DNA from: an uncultured bacterium
GTDB taxonomy: Bacteria; Chloroflexota; UBA5177; JANWHV01
NCBI GenBank assembly: GCA_963827235.1
Contig: CAWHAE010000018.1
Coordinates: 320,001-384,000 of the forward strand
Direction: 5' to 3'
Length of the DNA stretch: 64,000 nucleotides
The notes under the pieces were generated by a model. The model was not told where the DNA came from. It worked only from the letters and a program-made list of their open reading frames with translations, and searched no databases. Shown here in pieces: positions 18,652 through 28,659 of this stretch (position 1 is its first letter; each line of letters starts with the position of its first letter). The position numbers and the translations under genes are program-made.

Positions 18652-21303
18652 ATGGACATAACGCACCCGTTGCTGCTGCTACTGCTTCTCCCCTTAGCCT
18701 GGCTCCTGCATCGCACGAGCCGGGAACGGCTCCGGCGCTTGCCCTGGCTGCGCGCGCTTTCGGCGCTGTCAATCCGCCTGCTGATCGCCGCGCTGCTGGT
18801 TCTCGCCCTTGCCGGACCACGGGTCACGCAGGCTGCCGGAGGCGTGGACGTGGTGTTCGTCGTCGATCGGTCCGGCACGCTCGACCCGGCGGCGCAACGC
18901 GAGGCCATCGCTTGGGTGCGAGCGGCGCTGGCCGCGCGGTCCTCCAGCGACGACGCCTCGATCGTCTCCATCGGCAGACAGCCCGCATGGTCGGGCCAGA
19001 TCGCCGGCAAGAGCCTGCCGCCGTTGCCGGCGGTGGACCCAAGCGGCACGAACATCGAGGCAGCGCTGCGGCTTGCCCTCGCCGGCCTGCCCGCCAACCG
19101 CTCGGCGCGAGTCATTCTGTTGAGCGACGGTCGCCAGACGGACGGCGACGCACTGCTTGCCGCGCAGGTTGCCGCGAGCCGGCACGTCCCTATCTCCGTG
19201 GTGCCTCTCGTCCCGGCGCCGCGTGGTGACGTCGCCGTCGTCGACGCGTCCGTGCCTGCCACGACACATACCGGCGAGCACATTACCGTGCGGGTCGGAC
19301 TGCAGGCCGATCGAGCGATGTCGGCAACCGTGCATCTCTCGCTCGACGGCACTGCCCTCGGAGAGCGCACGCTCAGCCTGCAGGCCGGACTGAACACCTT
19401 CTTCTTCGCGCAGACGGTGGGCAGCGCGGGCACCCACGTCTTCCACGTAGAGGCGCAGGCGCCCGCGGACCCGGTGGCGCAGAACGATTCTCTCGACGCC
19501 GTGACCACGACGCAGGCGCCGCCGCGCGTCCTCGTGCTGGCACACGACCTTTCAGCCGTCTCGACGCTGGTGCGAACGCTGCAGAACGCCGGTCTGCAGG
19601 TCACCGCCGAACCGGCCAGGGAGGCGCCGCGCACGGCGCAGGGCGTGGCGGTCTATGGCGCGGTCGTGCTGGCGGACGTGCCCGCATCCGACCTGGCGCC
19701 TGCCGCGGTGTCGGCGCTGCGCGCCGCGGTGCACGACCTGGGCATCGGACTCCTGGTAGCCGGCGGACCTTCCAGCTTTGCCATCGGCGGCTACGCGGGT
19801 ACGCCCCTCGAGCAAATGTTGCCCGTGAACAGCATCGCGGAAGCGCATGCCGGCCACGGCGGCGTGGGACTGATCCTGGTGGTCGACCAGTCCGGCAGCA
19901 TGAGCGAGCAGATCGCCGGCGTGTCCAAGATGAGCATGGCGCAAATGGCGGCCACCGAAGCGATCGATCATCTGCAGCCGAGCGACAGCTTCGGCGTAAT
20001 CTCGTTCGCCGATGCCACGCATGTGATCGTGCCCTTCGGCCTGGTGGGCGGCACCGGAAAGCAAAACGCGGCCAAGAAGGAGATCCAGCAGCTGCAGGCG
20101 TTCGGCAACACGGTCATCTATCCCGCGCTTCGCCAGGCCGCGCGCTATCTCTACGCCAGCAAGGCACCGTTCAAGCACGTCGTCCTGATCACGGACGGCC
20201 AGGGGGAGACCGACGCTCCCTTTACCAAGCTCATAGCGCAGATGAAGCAGAACGGCATCACGCTTTCCACCATCGCCGTGGGCAGCGACGCGGAAGTCGA
20301 CGAGCTGCAAAGCTGGGCCACGGAAGGCGATGGCCGCTTCTACGCGACATCCGACCCGCACGACATTCCGCGCTTCGTGGTGCTGGAGACACGCATCAGC
20401 AGCGGACCGACCAGGGTAGAGGGCGATCTGGCCGTCCGGCAAGCCTCGGATGATCCCGCGCTGCGGTCGCTGGTCGGCACGAAGCTGCCGAATCTGCACT
20501 CCTACAACATCGTCACCTCCAAGGTCAACGCGCAGGTGCTCCTGCAGTCCCAGCTCGGCGATCCTGTGCTGGCCCAATGGCGATACGGCCTGGGGCAGGT
20601 CAGCGCGTGGACCGGAGGCAGCACGATCGACTGGGCGCAGGCGTGGCTGGACGAGACGCCTTTCTGGTCGGACCTGACCCATGAGCTGCTGCCGGACGTC
20701 AGTGCGCGGGCGCTGAGCCCAGACGTGCAGCCGACGGCTCAGGGCCTGCGGATCGGCGTCGACTCGCGGACGCCGCAGGGAGATTTCGCCAATCTGCTGA
20801 CCACGCGCGCCACCATAACCGGCACCTCGGGCTACTCGACCACGCTCACGCTGACTCAAGACGGCCCCGGCCACTACGCGGACACGATGCCGGACGTCCC
20901 TCAAGGGGTGTACCGCGTGACGATCGATCAGTTCGACAATGCCGCGCTCATCCGGCAGACGAGCACGGCCGTCGCGGTCCCCTACCCGGCTGAGTACCGG
21001 ATCATGGTGCCCGACCTCGATCTGCTCGCCGCGATCGCCGCCGCCGGTGGCGCGGCCACGATCGGCGAGCCCTCTCTCGCATTCGATCCCACTGGCCTGG
21101 TTCGCTACTCCACCCGTGCCGATGTCTGGCCCACGATGGCTCTGCTCGCCCTGTTGCTCTATCCGCTGGACGTTGCCATACGCACGCTCTATGCCCCGCC
21201 CATACCGGGCAGCGTGCCCCGCAAGAACGGCCCTGCCACTCCAAAGGAATCCGTGGACAGGCGTGACGAGGACGACGACCCGCGGCCTCTTGGCAGCACC
21301 TGA
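18652..21303 (+). CDS. Double vWA + glutamine-amidotransferase-like membrane protein
   Basis: VDRSGT / LLSDG and VDQSGSM / LITDG vWA motifs; GGPSSF..GGY..TPLE..LPV and WRYGLG motifs; N- and C-terminal TM. Confidence 0.85.
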   Translation: MDITHPLLLLLLLPLAWLLHRTSRERLRRLPWLRALSALSIRLLIAALLVLALAGPRVTQAAGGVDVVFVVDRSGTLDPAAQREAIAWVRAALAARSSSDDASIVSIGRQPAWSGQIAGKSLPPLPAVDPSGTNIEAALRLALAGLPANRSARVILLSDGRQTDGDALLAAQVAASRHVPISVVPLVPAPRGDVAVVDASVPATTHTGEHITVRVGLQADRAMSATVHLSLDGTALGERTLSLQAGLNTFFFAQTVGSAGTHVFHVEAQAPADPVAQNDSLDAVTTTQAPPRVLVLAHDLSAVSTLVRTLQNAGLQVTAEPAREAPRTAQGVAVYGAVVLADVPASDLAPAAVSALRAAVHDLGIGLLVAGGPSSFAIGGYAGTPLEQMLPVNSIAEAHAGHGGVGLILVVDQSGSMSEQIAGVSKMSMAQMAATEAIDHLQPSDSFGVISFADATHVIVPFGLVGGTGKQNAAKKEIQQLQAFGNTVIYPALRQAARYLYASKAPFKHVVLITDGQGETDAPFTKLIAQMKQNGITLSTIAVGSDAEVDELQSWATEGDGRFYATSDPHDIPRFVVLETRISSGPTRVEGDLAVRQASDDPALRSLVGTKLPNLHSYNIVTSKVNAQVLLQSQLGDPVLAQWRYGLGQVSAWTGGSTIDWAQAWLDETPFWSDLTHELLPDVSARALSPDVQPTAQGLRIGVDSRTPQGDFANLLTTRATITGTSGYSTTLTLTQDGPGHYADTMPDVPQGVYRVTIDQFDNAALIRQTSTAVAVPYPAEYRIMVPDLDLLAAIAAAGGAATIGEPSLAFDPTGLVRYSTRADVWPTMALLALLLYPLDVAIRTLYAPPIPGSVPRKNGPATPKESVDRRDEDDDPRPLGST

Positions 21304-21511
21304 ACGGTTCCGTCCGGTACTTTCATGCGACACCCCAACCTCCGCCGTTCGCGGCCGAGTGCCTCATCTCATCGCCTGGATGGCCGATTTCACTTCGCCT
21401 TCCTTGCCCGGATGCGTATGGGGGGAGACTTGCCGGATACAACCACGATAGGCATGTGACGCCGGGAACCGCACGTGCGTTGGGCGCGCACGATGCCCCG
21501 GGATTCACCCG

Positions 21512-22015
21512 CTAGTCCGGCTCGCCGCGGATGGAGGCAAGAGCTTGCTCGATTGCTTGCCGTTCGCCGCCCAGCACACCCATCGCTTCGCCCGGCAGCC
21601 GGTACTCGTAGTCCGACACCTCCGCGCTCGCTCGGAACGTCCCTCCGGCTACGCGGGCCAGGAAAAAGACCGTCATGCGCGGCAGCGCGTAGCCGCTTTG
21701 CACGGCGACCGGCCGCTCGACCACGATCTCCAGACCGGTCTCCTCGAGCAGCTCGCGCGCCAGCGCCCGTTCCAGGCTCTCCCGGCCCTTGGCCCAGCCG
21801 CCGGGCAGTCCCCATTCCCGAGTTGGGCTGCGATAGGTATGCCGCACGACCAGGACCCTGCCGGCGGCGTCCGGGATGATCGCGGCCACGCCGACCGCGT
21901 AGCGGACGTTCGCCAGCCAGGCAATCGCCGCCTTGACTATGCCGGAGAACGGAAGATGGCGCCAAAGCCAAACCACGGCTTCACCCCGCAGTGACGCTCG
22001 CGCCTCTGGGCTCAT
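21512..22015 (-). CDS. NUDIX hydrolase
   Basis: Intact Nudix box GWAKGRESLERALARELLEETGL. Confidence 0.9.
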   Translation of the reverse strand: MSPEARASLRGEAVVWLWRHLPFSGIVKAAIAWLANVRYAVGVAAIIPDAAGRVLVVRHTYRSPTREWGLPGGWAKGRESLERALARELLEETGLEIVVERPVAVQSGYALPRMTVFFLARVAGGTFRASAEVSDYEYRLPGEAMGVLGGERQAIEQALASIRGEPD

Positions 22016-22518
22016 CGCCCGTCCGAGATGGCACGCGGGGTGCCGGTGAAGGCAAACGGCGGTCGCTGCCGCACCACGAGATCCAGCAGCGCGGCCAGCG
22101 TCACTTCCGCCGCGTGCGCATCATCCTTCGGCAGTCCATCGCGCCTGGCCTGCTCGAGTTCGTCGCGATCAAGCACGGCGTACCTGCCGTCCGGGTAGAC
22201 GAGGAGATCCAGCAGAAGGTCCTCGAAGCTGATCAGGCTGCCGTCCATCTCGGTCGGACGGCTGATATTGCAGTACCAGCCCTTGAGATCGCCGTTATTC
22301 TGCTCGACTTGCCAGATGGCATATCCCTTGCCCAGGTAATAGTGCTCGAGAAAGCGGTCGCCCTGCACGAACTGCAGATCGCCCACCATGGGCTCGCCCG
22401 GACCGTCCCAGGTCGCCAGAAGCAGCAGATGATCCGGCTCCCGGGACAGAACGGCTCCCTGCCAAACGTGACGAATCCGGCCGCGCCAATCCCGCTTCTG
22501 CACGCTCACTTCAGGCAT
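22012..22518 (-). CDS. DUF402 domain protein
   Basis: GWYCNISRP, EDLLLDLLVYPDG, LDRDEL; start MPEVSVQK at 22518. Confidence 0.85.
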   Translation of the reverse strand: MPEVSVQKRDWRGRIRHVWQGAVLSREPDHLLLLATWDGPGEPMVGDLQFVQGDRFLEHYYLGKGYAIWQVEQNNGDLKGWYCNISRPTEMDGSLISFEDLLLDLLVYPDGRYAVLDRDELEQARRDGLPKDDAHAAEVTLAALLDLVVRQRPPFAFTGTPRAISDGR

Positions 22519-22535
22519 GTTCGCCTCTGCACCGT

Positions 22536-25500
22536 TCAAGGCAGCTCTCCCAGGCCGGCGAGCACGCGGTAATCGAGCGCCTCGCGGACGGTCTGGGCGA
22601 ATACCAGGTAGCGCACCGTTCGCCGCACCGCTCGCGGCGCCACCGGCGCGCGCAGGGTCCCGAACAGGTGTGGGCCCATGCGCGCGAACTGTACCCCTGT
22701 CACTACGCCGTGCCCCGCCGTGCCCTGCACGAGGCAGGCAATGCCCTCGCCGCCCTCCGGCCGGCGCACGGCCACTGCCGCCCACCGCGCTTCGGGGGCA
22801 CTGAAGCTGTGCTCGGCCGCGTGCCGCCGCACGAGCTGCCCATCTCGGAGATAGAGCACGTCGCCGTTCGCCATGCCCCACGGCTTGAGGAACACGCTCA
22901 GCACCTCCTGCACGGGAAACGGCGCCGTGGTGGCGTTGGCAAGCTCTTGCACGATGGCGAGCACGGGCGCGCCGGGCAGCGTGAGATACTCGACTGCCTG
23001 CGTCAAGCCGTCGTAGCCCTCCTCCCGGCCCCGCTTGGTCACGCGCACTCCTCTCCACTCCACGCCCGATGCGCCCGACCTGATGACCACGTCAGCGGCG
23101 CCCTCGGCATCGTGCAGCGCGCCGGCATCGAGCGGAAACGACGGTAGTCCCGGGCGCCACCGCCTGATCGCCGGGTGGATGCCGCCGTACCAGGGACTGG
23201 TCCAGGAGAACGATCCGGGCATGGGGTAGGAGGCGGCCAGCGCGAGCTGCTGCACGTCGTCGAGCGACAGCTCGCTGATCGCGGCAGCATACCGCGCGTT
23301 CACGGCAAACCGGAGCCGCCCATTCGCCACCACCAAGCGCGAGCCGCCCGGATGAGCGTCCTCCGTCACGCTGGTCGCCGTGCCCGCCGCCAGCGAGAGC
23401 ACCGAGAAATCGCTCGTCACGTCCGTGAGCTGCCCGCGATACGTCAGCGAACCGGCGTGATAGAACGTTCCTGCCACGTCCCGGGACGCGGTCAGGGCCA
23501 GGCGCTGGTGGGTCGGGTTGCTCTCGTCGCTGCGCATGAAGTGGCTTTCCAGCGCCGCCCCCCAGCCGGGGCAGCTCACCTCCACCGTTCCGTGCTCCGT
23601 GAAGCTGTTGTGGTTGACCAGGGTGATGGCGCCGTGCGCCTGCCCGTCGCGAGCCAGCAGAACGGGCGGCGTGACGCGCACGGAGAGCGGCGAGCGCGCG
23701 GCGGGCATCTCCACCGGCGCCGTGGAGCCGAACAACCGCCTCCAGTGATGCCGCACATCCTTGGCGTCGACCTGGCCGGCCACGAGATAGGTCGGATCCA
23801 TGATCAGCTGTCCGCCGGGTGCAAGCACGTGCACCGGAGTCACCAGCGCGAATCCGCGCGGATCGGCCGGGGCCTGCTCGGCCATACCCGACCAGCACAG
23901 ACCGCCTCCCGGGCCATCCGGCTCGTGAAACGCCACCCAGCTTTCGGCGAAGCGCTCCGGTTCCCGGAGATACGGCTCCAGCCAGTCCGGAAACTCGTCG
24001 GCAGTCAGCCCGTCGACGGGCCCGTCGGCAAGCGGAATAGTGGCGCGGGCGCCGAGCAGCAGGTTGCGGGTCAGTGTGCGCACTGCCACCTCGATCGGCT
24101 TCGTGGAGGTGTTCTCCAGCGTGACCTCCGAGCGCACCAGGGGCGAGCTGTCGAGGCTGATCGTCCATCGCACGCGCAGGCCGGGCAACCGGCGGGAATA
24201 GCTCTCCAGGGTAAGCACCTGGCAACCGTTCTCCGCGTCCCAGGCCATCTGGAACGGCTGCCGATCGAGATCGCGCGGATGATACGGCGGCCCCACGAGG
24301 AGCTGATGCGTCAGGATCGGCCGTCCGGTGGCCACGTCCTCCAGGCTCACCTCGCCGCCCTTCAGTGCCGCCCACAGCCGCACCATGCCGTTCTCCGCGC
24401 GCAGGTAGCCCGAATCGCGCCCCGCCACCGGCGTGCCCATGCCCACGCCCAGGGCGGCAATCGGCTCGCTCTCGATCTGGCCGGCGCGGCCCTCGTAGGC
24501 GACCTGGATGGCCGGCGCGGTCTGGAAGGCGCCCGCGTACGCCGCGTTCAGCGTGCATCCCACTGCCTCCTGCCTTCCCGGCTCCATGCGTACGGCCTGC
24601 GCGGGCAGATCCACCGACAGTCCCTCCGGCGGCGGAAGCTGCAGCCAGGCCAGCCCCTCCTGGGTCGGCTCGACCGGCAGTGCTCCGGCCAGCAGCGTCA
24701 ACGGCTCGCCCAGGTTGTTAGTGAGCAGCAGGCGGATAGTCTGAGGCACACCCGGCGTGAGGCTGATGGTGTCGGGATCAGTGGCGACGCTTATCGCGGG
24801 CAACACGGGCACTGAGCCGCGCAGGAAAACGAACTGATCCCCGAGGGCAATCACGGCCTCGACAAAGGGAGTGGTGCCCGCGGCCGCGGTTCCTGCCCGC
24901 ACCGGCATCTGGATGTGCGCCGTCTCGTCCAGCTTGAGCCGGCGCTCGACGCCGCCCTCCAGCCCGATGCCGCGCGCCACTACCAGAGCGTCGATCGGTG
25001 CATGCCCCTTGTTGGTCAGGGTCACGTAGGCCGTACCCTGCCTTCCGCTGATCAGCACCGGGCTGTCGAACGACACGCCCGCGGCGAACTCGCCGGTCTC
25101 CAGCGCGGCTACGCCGTCGATCACGCGATCGACGAACACGGACAGCACGTCGTCGCCTTCCTCCCAGTGGTAATGGTAACCCCGCACGTTGCCGCGCACG
25201 TCGTCGTCAGGCACGACGGCCAGCGATCGCCGCAGCGTCTTGTACCAATCGTGGCGAGAGAAGAACGCAGCGCATTGCGCATACGTCTGCAGGAGAGGCA
25301 GGTAGTTCTCCATGCGCACCGCCGTATCGGGTCGCCAGAAGAAGCCGCACTTCTTGTAGAGCGGCACGGCGCGAAAGTTGCCGGACCAGGTGGAGAGATC
25401 CAGGCGCCGGTAGCGGCGGGCAACGGCCAGCTCGACGGCCCGTCGCACCAGGTCGCGACCCACCCCACGATTCCAGGCGCTGGGGTGCACGTTGACGAGA

Positions 25501-25742
25501 TCCAGCCAGGCCACGTCTCCGCGCTCGCTGTCCTCGTTGAGCTCGCAGTACGCGACAACCGTCTCGTCCTCCACTGCCAGGTAGATGGCCAGCGGATCGA
25601 GCTGGTGTATCTCGTCGAGCCAGAAGTCATCCGACGTGGGCACACGCGACCATCCGTCCGGCCAGCCGGCGCCGCTTTCGTTCCACATCTTGGCCACGGC
25701 TTCGGCATCGGACGGCGTGTACTCGCGGATCGAGATGCTCAC
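22536..25742 (-). CDS. Large (1068 aa) protein with N-terminal GNAT acetyltransferase domain
   Basis: VNVHPSAWNRGVGRDLV (acetyl-CoA motif A), N..AVPLYKKCGF; remaining ~900 aa unassigned. Confidence 0.85.
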   Translation of the reverse strand: MSISIREYTPSDAEAVAKMWNESGAGWPDGWSRVPTSDDFWLDEIHQLDPLAIYLAVEDETVVAYCELNEDSERGDVAWLDLVNVHPSAWNRGVGRDLVRRAVELAVARRYRRLDLSTWSGNFRAVPLYKKCGFFWRPDTAVRMENYLPLLQTYAQCAAFFSRHDWYKTLRRSLAVVPDDDVRGNVRGYHYHWEEGDDVLSVFVDRVIDGVAALETGEFAAGVSFDSPVLISGRQGTAYVTLTNKGHAPIDALVVARGIGLEGGVERRLKLDETAHIQMPVRAGTAAAGTTPFVEAVIALGDQFVFLRGSVPVLPAISVATDPDTISLTPGVPQTIRLLLTNNLGEPLTLLAGALPVEPTQEGLAWLQLPPPEGLSVDLPAQAVRMEPGRQEAVGCTLNAAYAGAFQTAPAIQVAYEGRAGQIESEPIAALGVGMGTPVAGRDSGYLRAENGMVRLWAALKGGEVSLEDVATGRPILTHQLLVGPPYHPRDLDRQPFQMAWDAENGCQVLTLESYSRRLPGLRVRWTISLDSSPLVRSEVTLENTSTKPIEVAVRTLTRNLLLGARATIPLADGPVDGLTADEFPDWLEPYLREPERFAESWVAFHEPDGPGGGLCWSGMAEQAPADPRGFALVTPVHVLAPGGQLIMDPTYLVAGQVDAKDVRHHWRRLFGSTAPVEMPAARSPLSVRVTPPVLLARDGQAHGAITLVNHNSFTEHGTVEVSCPGWGAALESHFMRSDESNPTHQRLALTASRDVAGTFYHAGSLTYRGQLTDVTSDFSVLSLAAGTATSVTEDAHPGGSRLVVANGRLRFAVNARYAAAISELSLDDVQQLALAASYPMPGSFSWTSPWYGGIHPAIRRWRPGLPSFPLDAGALHDAEGAADVVIRSGASGVEWRGVRVTKRGREEGYDGLTQAVEYLTLPGAPVLAIVQELANATTAPFPVQEVLSVFLKPWGMANGDVLYLRDGQLVRRHAAEHSFSAPEARWAAVAVRRPEGGEGIACLVQGTAGHGVVTGVQFARMGPHLFGTLRAPVAPRAVRRTVRYLVFAQTVREALDYRVLAGLGELP

Positions 25743-25861
25743 AGGCCACCCCCTGGCCCATTGTACCGTGGTCGCGGTAACCCAGCGGCCAGCATCGCGG
25801 AGGAGTGCCGGGCCGCGAAACGCAACACGCCTCTCTGGGGAGCGACGATTGCCGCCGCCCG

Positions 25862-27373
25862 TTACACGGGCCGATCTCGCCGGGTATGCTCAAGTCGCTG
25901 CCAGACCTGTACAGCCCGCTCCAGATCGCCCGCTCGTTCCGGCTGGTCGCCGTAGCGCACCGAGACGTAGGACGAAGTCAGCGCCGCGGCATCACGTTCC
26001 TCCATGGCGCCGGCCGGCGGGTCGGACATGATCCGCAGGCGTTCGAGATACTCGTGGGGTGTCTCGCAGGCCGCTCGCGGCACGCCCAGCGCCCTGCCGC
26101 GACGCAGCAGCCGGCGATAGACGCCGCGGATCGAGGTCGGCGGGCCATCGAGCGCGTCGCGGCCAGCCTGCCGAGACCGGCGCTGCAGAAAGGCACCGGC
26201 GCCGGACAGCAGCGCACGCAGATCGAGCCCTGCGTCCTGCCACGACCACACGGAGTCGCGCTCCTCTTCGAATTCCGCGCTCCTGACAGGTCGCCCGCCA
26301 AGGCCGGCAATCGCGCGACTGAGGGCGGCCGCGACGGCGGCCGTCGCCAGCGCCAGTCCGCCCCAGGTGAGCACCAGCACCAGTGCCTGCGGCAGGTGCG
26401 CGCCCGCCGAGCGACTGCTCCGCAGCGCCAGCCTGGGAGAATGCAGGCCCTGGGTCGCCGGGCTGCCTATCAGTCGCTTGTGCGGCTGGCCTGCCAGCGC
26501 GATCCACAGCCACTGCAGGAAATGCAGGATCCCCTCTGCGACGTACGCCACGACGAAGACGACGGGCTGCAGCACGAACAGCACGAGATCGGGCAGGCGG
26601 GCCAGACCATCGGCGGTCGCCCTCAGCAGCGTGCCCGACACGGTAGCGGAGAGAAGCAGCGCCAGCAGCAAGATCACCGCGGCGGACGCGACCACCGGCG
26701 TAAGCCAACTCCGGTCGAGGGCAGGTATCCACGCGGCAGTGGCGCTGCCGCGCTTGCGCGCCGAGATGATCTGCGCAAAGGGCAGCGTGAGGAACGCCGC
26801 GACGAAGAAGACGGCGGTGGCAGAGCCCGTGAGATAGGACGATGGTCCGTGGCTGCTGGCCAGCGCAGCGCCTGCAAGACCGGCGAAGAGACCGGCCACC
26901 CCCCAACCGAACAGGCGATACGCCTCGTATTCATCTAGCTCCGAGGTGCCAATGCGCCCTCCCGCCCACCAAAGGGCCAGCACCGGCGCCACGCTGCCCA
27001 GTATCGCGCCATACCGGCGCGCCGCCGGCGGCGCCAACCAAAGCTGAGCCGGCCAGCGCGGATCGAGCGCAAACCAACCGTGAAAGTACTGCGCCCAGAC
27101 CGCGATCAAGGTCACGAGCACGGCGCTCAGCGCGAAGAGTGCGCGCGACCACCGTTCGCCGAGCGGCCGCGCCGCGAGCCAACTGCACAGACCCGCGCCG
27201 GCAAACAGGATCACCCCTTGCGCGGGCTCGCCCGGTTCCGGGCCGGTGCCGGCAAGGCCGAGCAGATTGGTCCACACTGCCAGCCATGCCGCCGTCATCG
27301 TGCCGCTGACCACGACCAGCAGCAGGCGCGACCAGTCTCGGGTCCGCGCGCCCGGCGCCCATCTGAGACTCAT
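25862..27373 (-). CDS. Multi-TM membrane protein with C-terminal DUF4129
   Basis: Many TM helices; IRGVYRRLL..RAACETPHEY..LTSSYVSVRYG; ATG 27373 overlaps DUF58 stop. Confidence 0.8.
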   Translation of the reverse strand: MSLRWAPGARTRDWSRLLLVVVSGTMTAAWLAVWTNLLGLAGTGPEPGEPAQGVILFAGAGLCSWLAARPLGERWSRALFALSAVLVTLIAVWAQYFHGWFALDPRWPAQLWLAPPAARRYGAILGSVAPVLALWWAGGRIGTSELDEYEAYRLFGWGVAGLFAGLAGAALASSHGPSSYLTGSATAVFFVAAFLTLPFAQIISARKRGSATAAWIPALDRSWLTPVVASAAVILLLALLLSATVSGTLLRATADGLARLPDLVLFVLQPVVFVVAYVAEGILHFLQWLWIALAGQPHKRLIGSPATQGLHSPRLALRSSRSAGAHLPQALVLVLTWGGLALATAAVAAALSRAIAGLGGRPVRSAEFEEERDSVWSWQDAGLDLRALLSGAGAFLQRRSRQAGRDALDGPPTSIRGVYRRLLRRGRALGVPRAACETPHEYLERLRIMSDPPAGAMEERDAAALTSSYVSVRYGDQPERAGDLERAVQVWQRLEHTRRDRPV

Positions 27374-28659
27374 CCAGGAGTGTCCTCCACCTGCGCCCTG
27401 CCGGCCAGGCGAAACGATCGCAGCCGGCGCCAGCGGGTCTCGTCGCCGATCCAGTGGCTCGGCAGGCCCGGCGGCGTGGATGTGCCGCGCAGACTCTCGC
27501 CGAGCAACACGAATACGGCCGGGTGGCCCGCGGCGCGGTAACCACGGGCACACTCTACGATCTGGTCGTCGAGCACGCCGGTGATCAGCACTACGGTCGC
27601 GCCGGCCGGAACACGCCGGCGCTCTGCTTCCAGCAGGTGCGCGTAGGGCCCAACCATCAACGGCGAGATGCCGGCCAGAGCGGTAAGCAGCACGGTGAGC
27701 TGCCGCGGCGCCCGGCTGGGCGCAATGCGAATGCCGCCCCGCGTGTGGCGCAGCAGGCCGTTGGCCGCCAGCCCACACTGGTAGCCCTGCGCCGTCAGAT
27801 GCGTAGCCACCGAGGCGGCGGCGCAGATTGCCAGCTCCAGCAGCTCCGAGCGGCTGCCGTACCACGAATCGGGCGTCGTTCTCAGGTTCAACAAGAGCAT
27901 TGCGCGCCGGGTGGCGCTTGGATCGTACGTCTTTACCTGGAGCACGCCCAGTCTTGCGCTCGCCTTCCAATGGATCTGCCGCACGCTGTCACCCAGCGAG
28001 TAGGGACGAACGCCGGCCATGCGCAACGGATCGCCGTACAGTCGGTCGGTGCTGCGCTCCTCACCCAGGGGAAATCGCGACGGCAGGTCGAGCGCCTCGA
28101 CGGGCACGACAAGGGGATACACCAGCACAGTATCGCAGCCGTCAAGTTCGGCTTTGCGCCGCGCCAGGCCGAACAGGTCGCCGGAGCGCAGCTCCGCCGG
28201 CCCGAACCTGTGCTCGCCTCGCTCCGCGCAGTGGAAGTGGTAGCGGCGCGTGACACGCTCGTACCAGCGCAGCGAAAGCACGTTCGGGAGGATGGCTCGC
28301 TGCACTTTCCAGGAAGCACGCAGGTCGCCGCGCACGAGAGTCATGGCCTTCGGCACTTCATCGTCAATCTCCAGCCATGCCAGCGGCAGCGGCTTGCGGT
28401 TGACGATCGTAACCGTCATCGTCACCTCCGCGCCGAACGCGACGGCCTTGCCGGCGAAGTCTCGCCGGTATTCCAGGCCGTCCAGGCAGTAGCGCCCCCA
28501 CAGCCACGACAGCGAAAGGGCCAGCAGTAGCAGCATGCCGGCGAAGAAGATCACCACCTGCTGGAGCACGATGCTGGCCAGGGCGACGGCGACCAGCACG
28601 ACCAGCCAGCGCGGACTGATCAGGTAGTCCACGTCCAGCCGCGCGATGCTACGGCCCAT
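27370..28659 (-). CDS. DUF58 domain protein with N-terminal TM anchor
   Basis: NRKPLPLAWL, GDLFGL, LVYP, GVRPYSLGDSVRQIHWKASAR. Confidence 0.9.
   Translation of the reverse strand: MGRSIARLDVDYLISPRWLVVLVAVALASIVLQQVVIFFAGMLLLLALSLSWLWGRYCLDGLEYRRDFAGKAVAFGAEVTMTVTIVNRKPLPLAWLEIDDEVPKAMTLVRGDLRASWKVQRAILPNVLSLRWYERVTRRYHFHCAERGEHRFGPAELRSGDLFGLARRKAELDGCDTVLVYPLVVPVEALDLPSRFPLGEERSTDRLYGDPLRMAGVRPYSLGDSVRQIHWKASARLGVLQVKTYDPSATRRAMLLLNLRTTPDSWYGSRSELLELAICAAASVATHLTAQGYQCGLAANGLLRHTRGGIRIAPSRAPRQLTVLLTALAGISPLMVGPYAHLLEAERRRVPAGATVVLITGVLDDQIVECARGYRAAGHPAVFVLLGESLRGTSTPPGLPSHWIGDETRWRRLRSFRLAGRAQVEDTPG

Noticed and set aside
13206-21303. MoxR-vWA operon as a wholly new or defence system
   Set aside because: Matches the widespread MoxR-DUF58-BatA-vWA arrangement; no effector or nuclease domains seen
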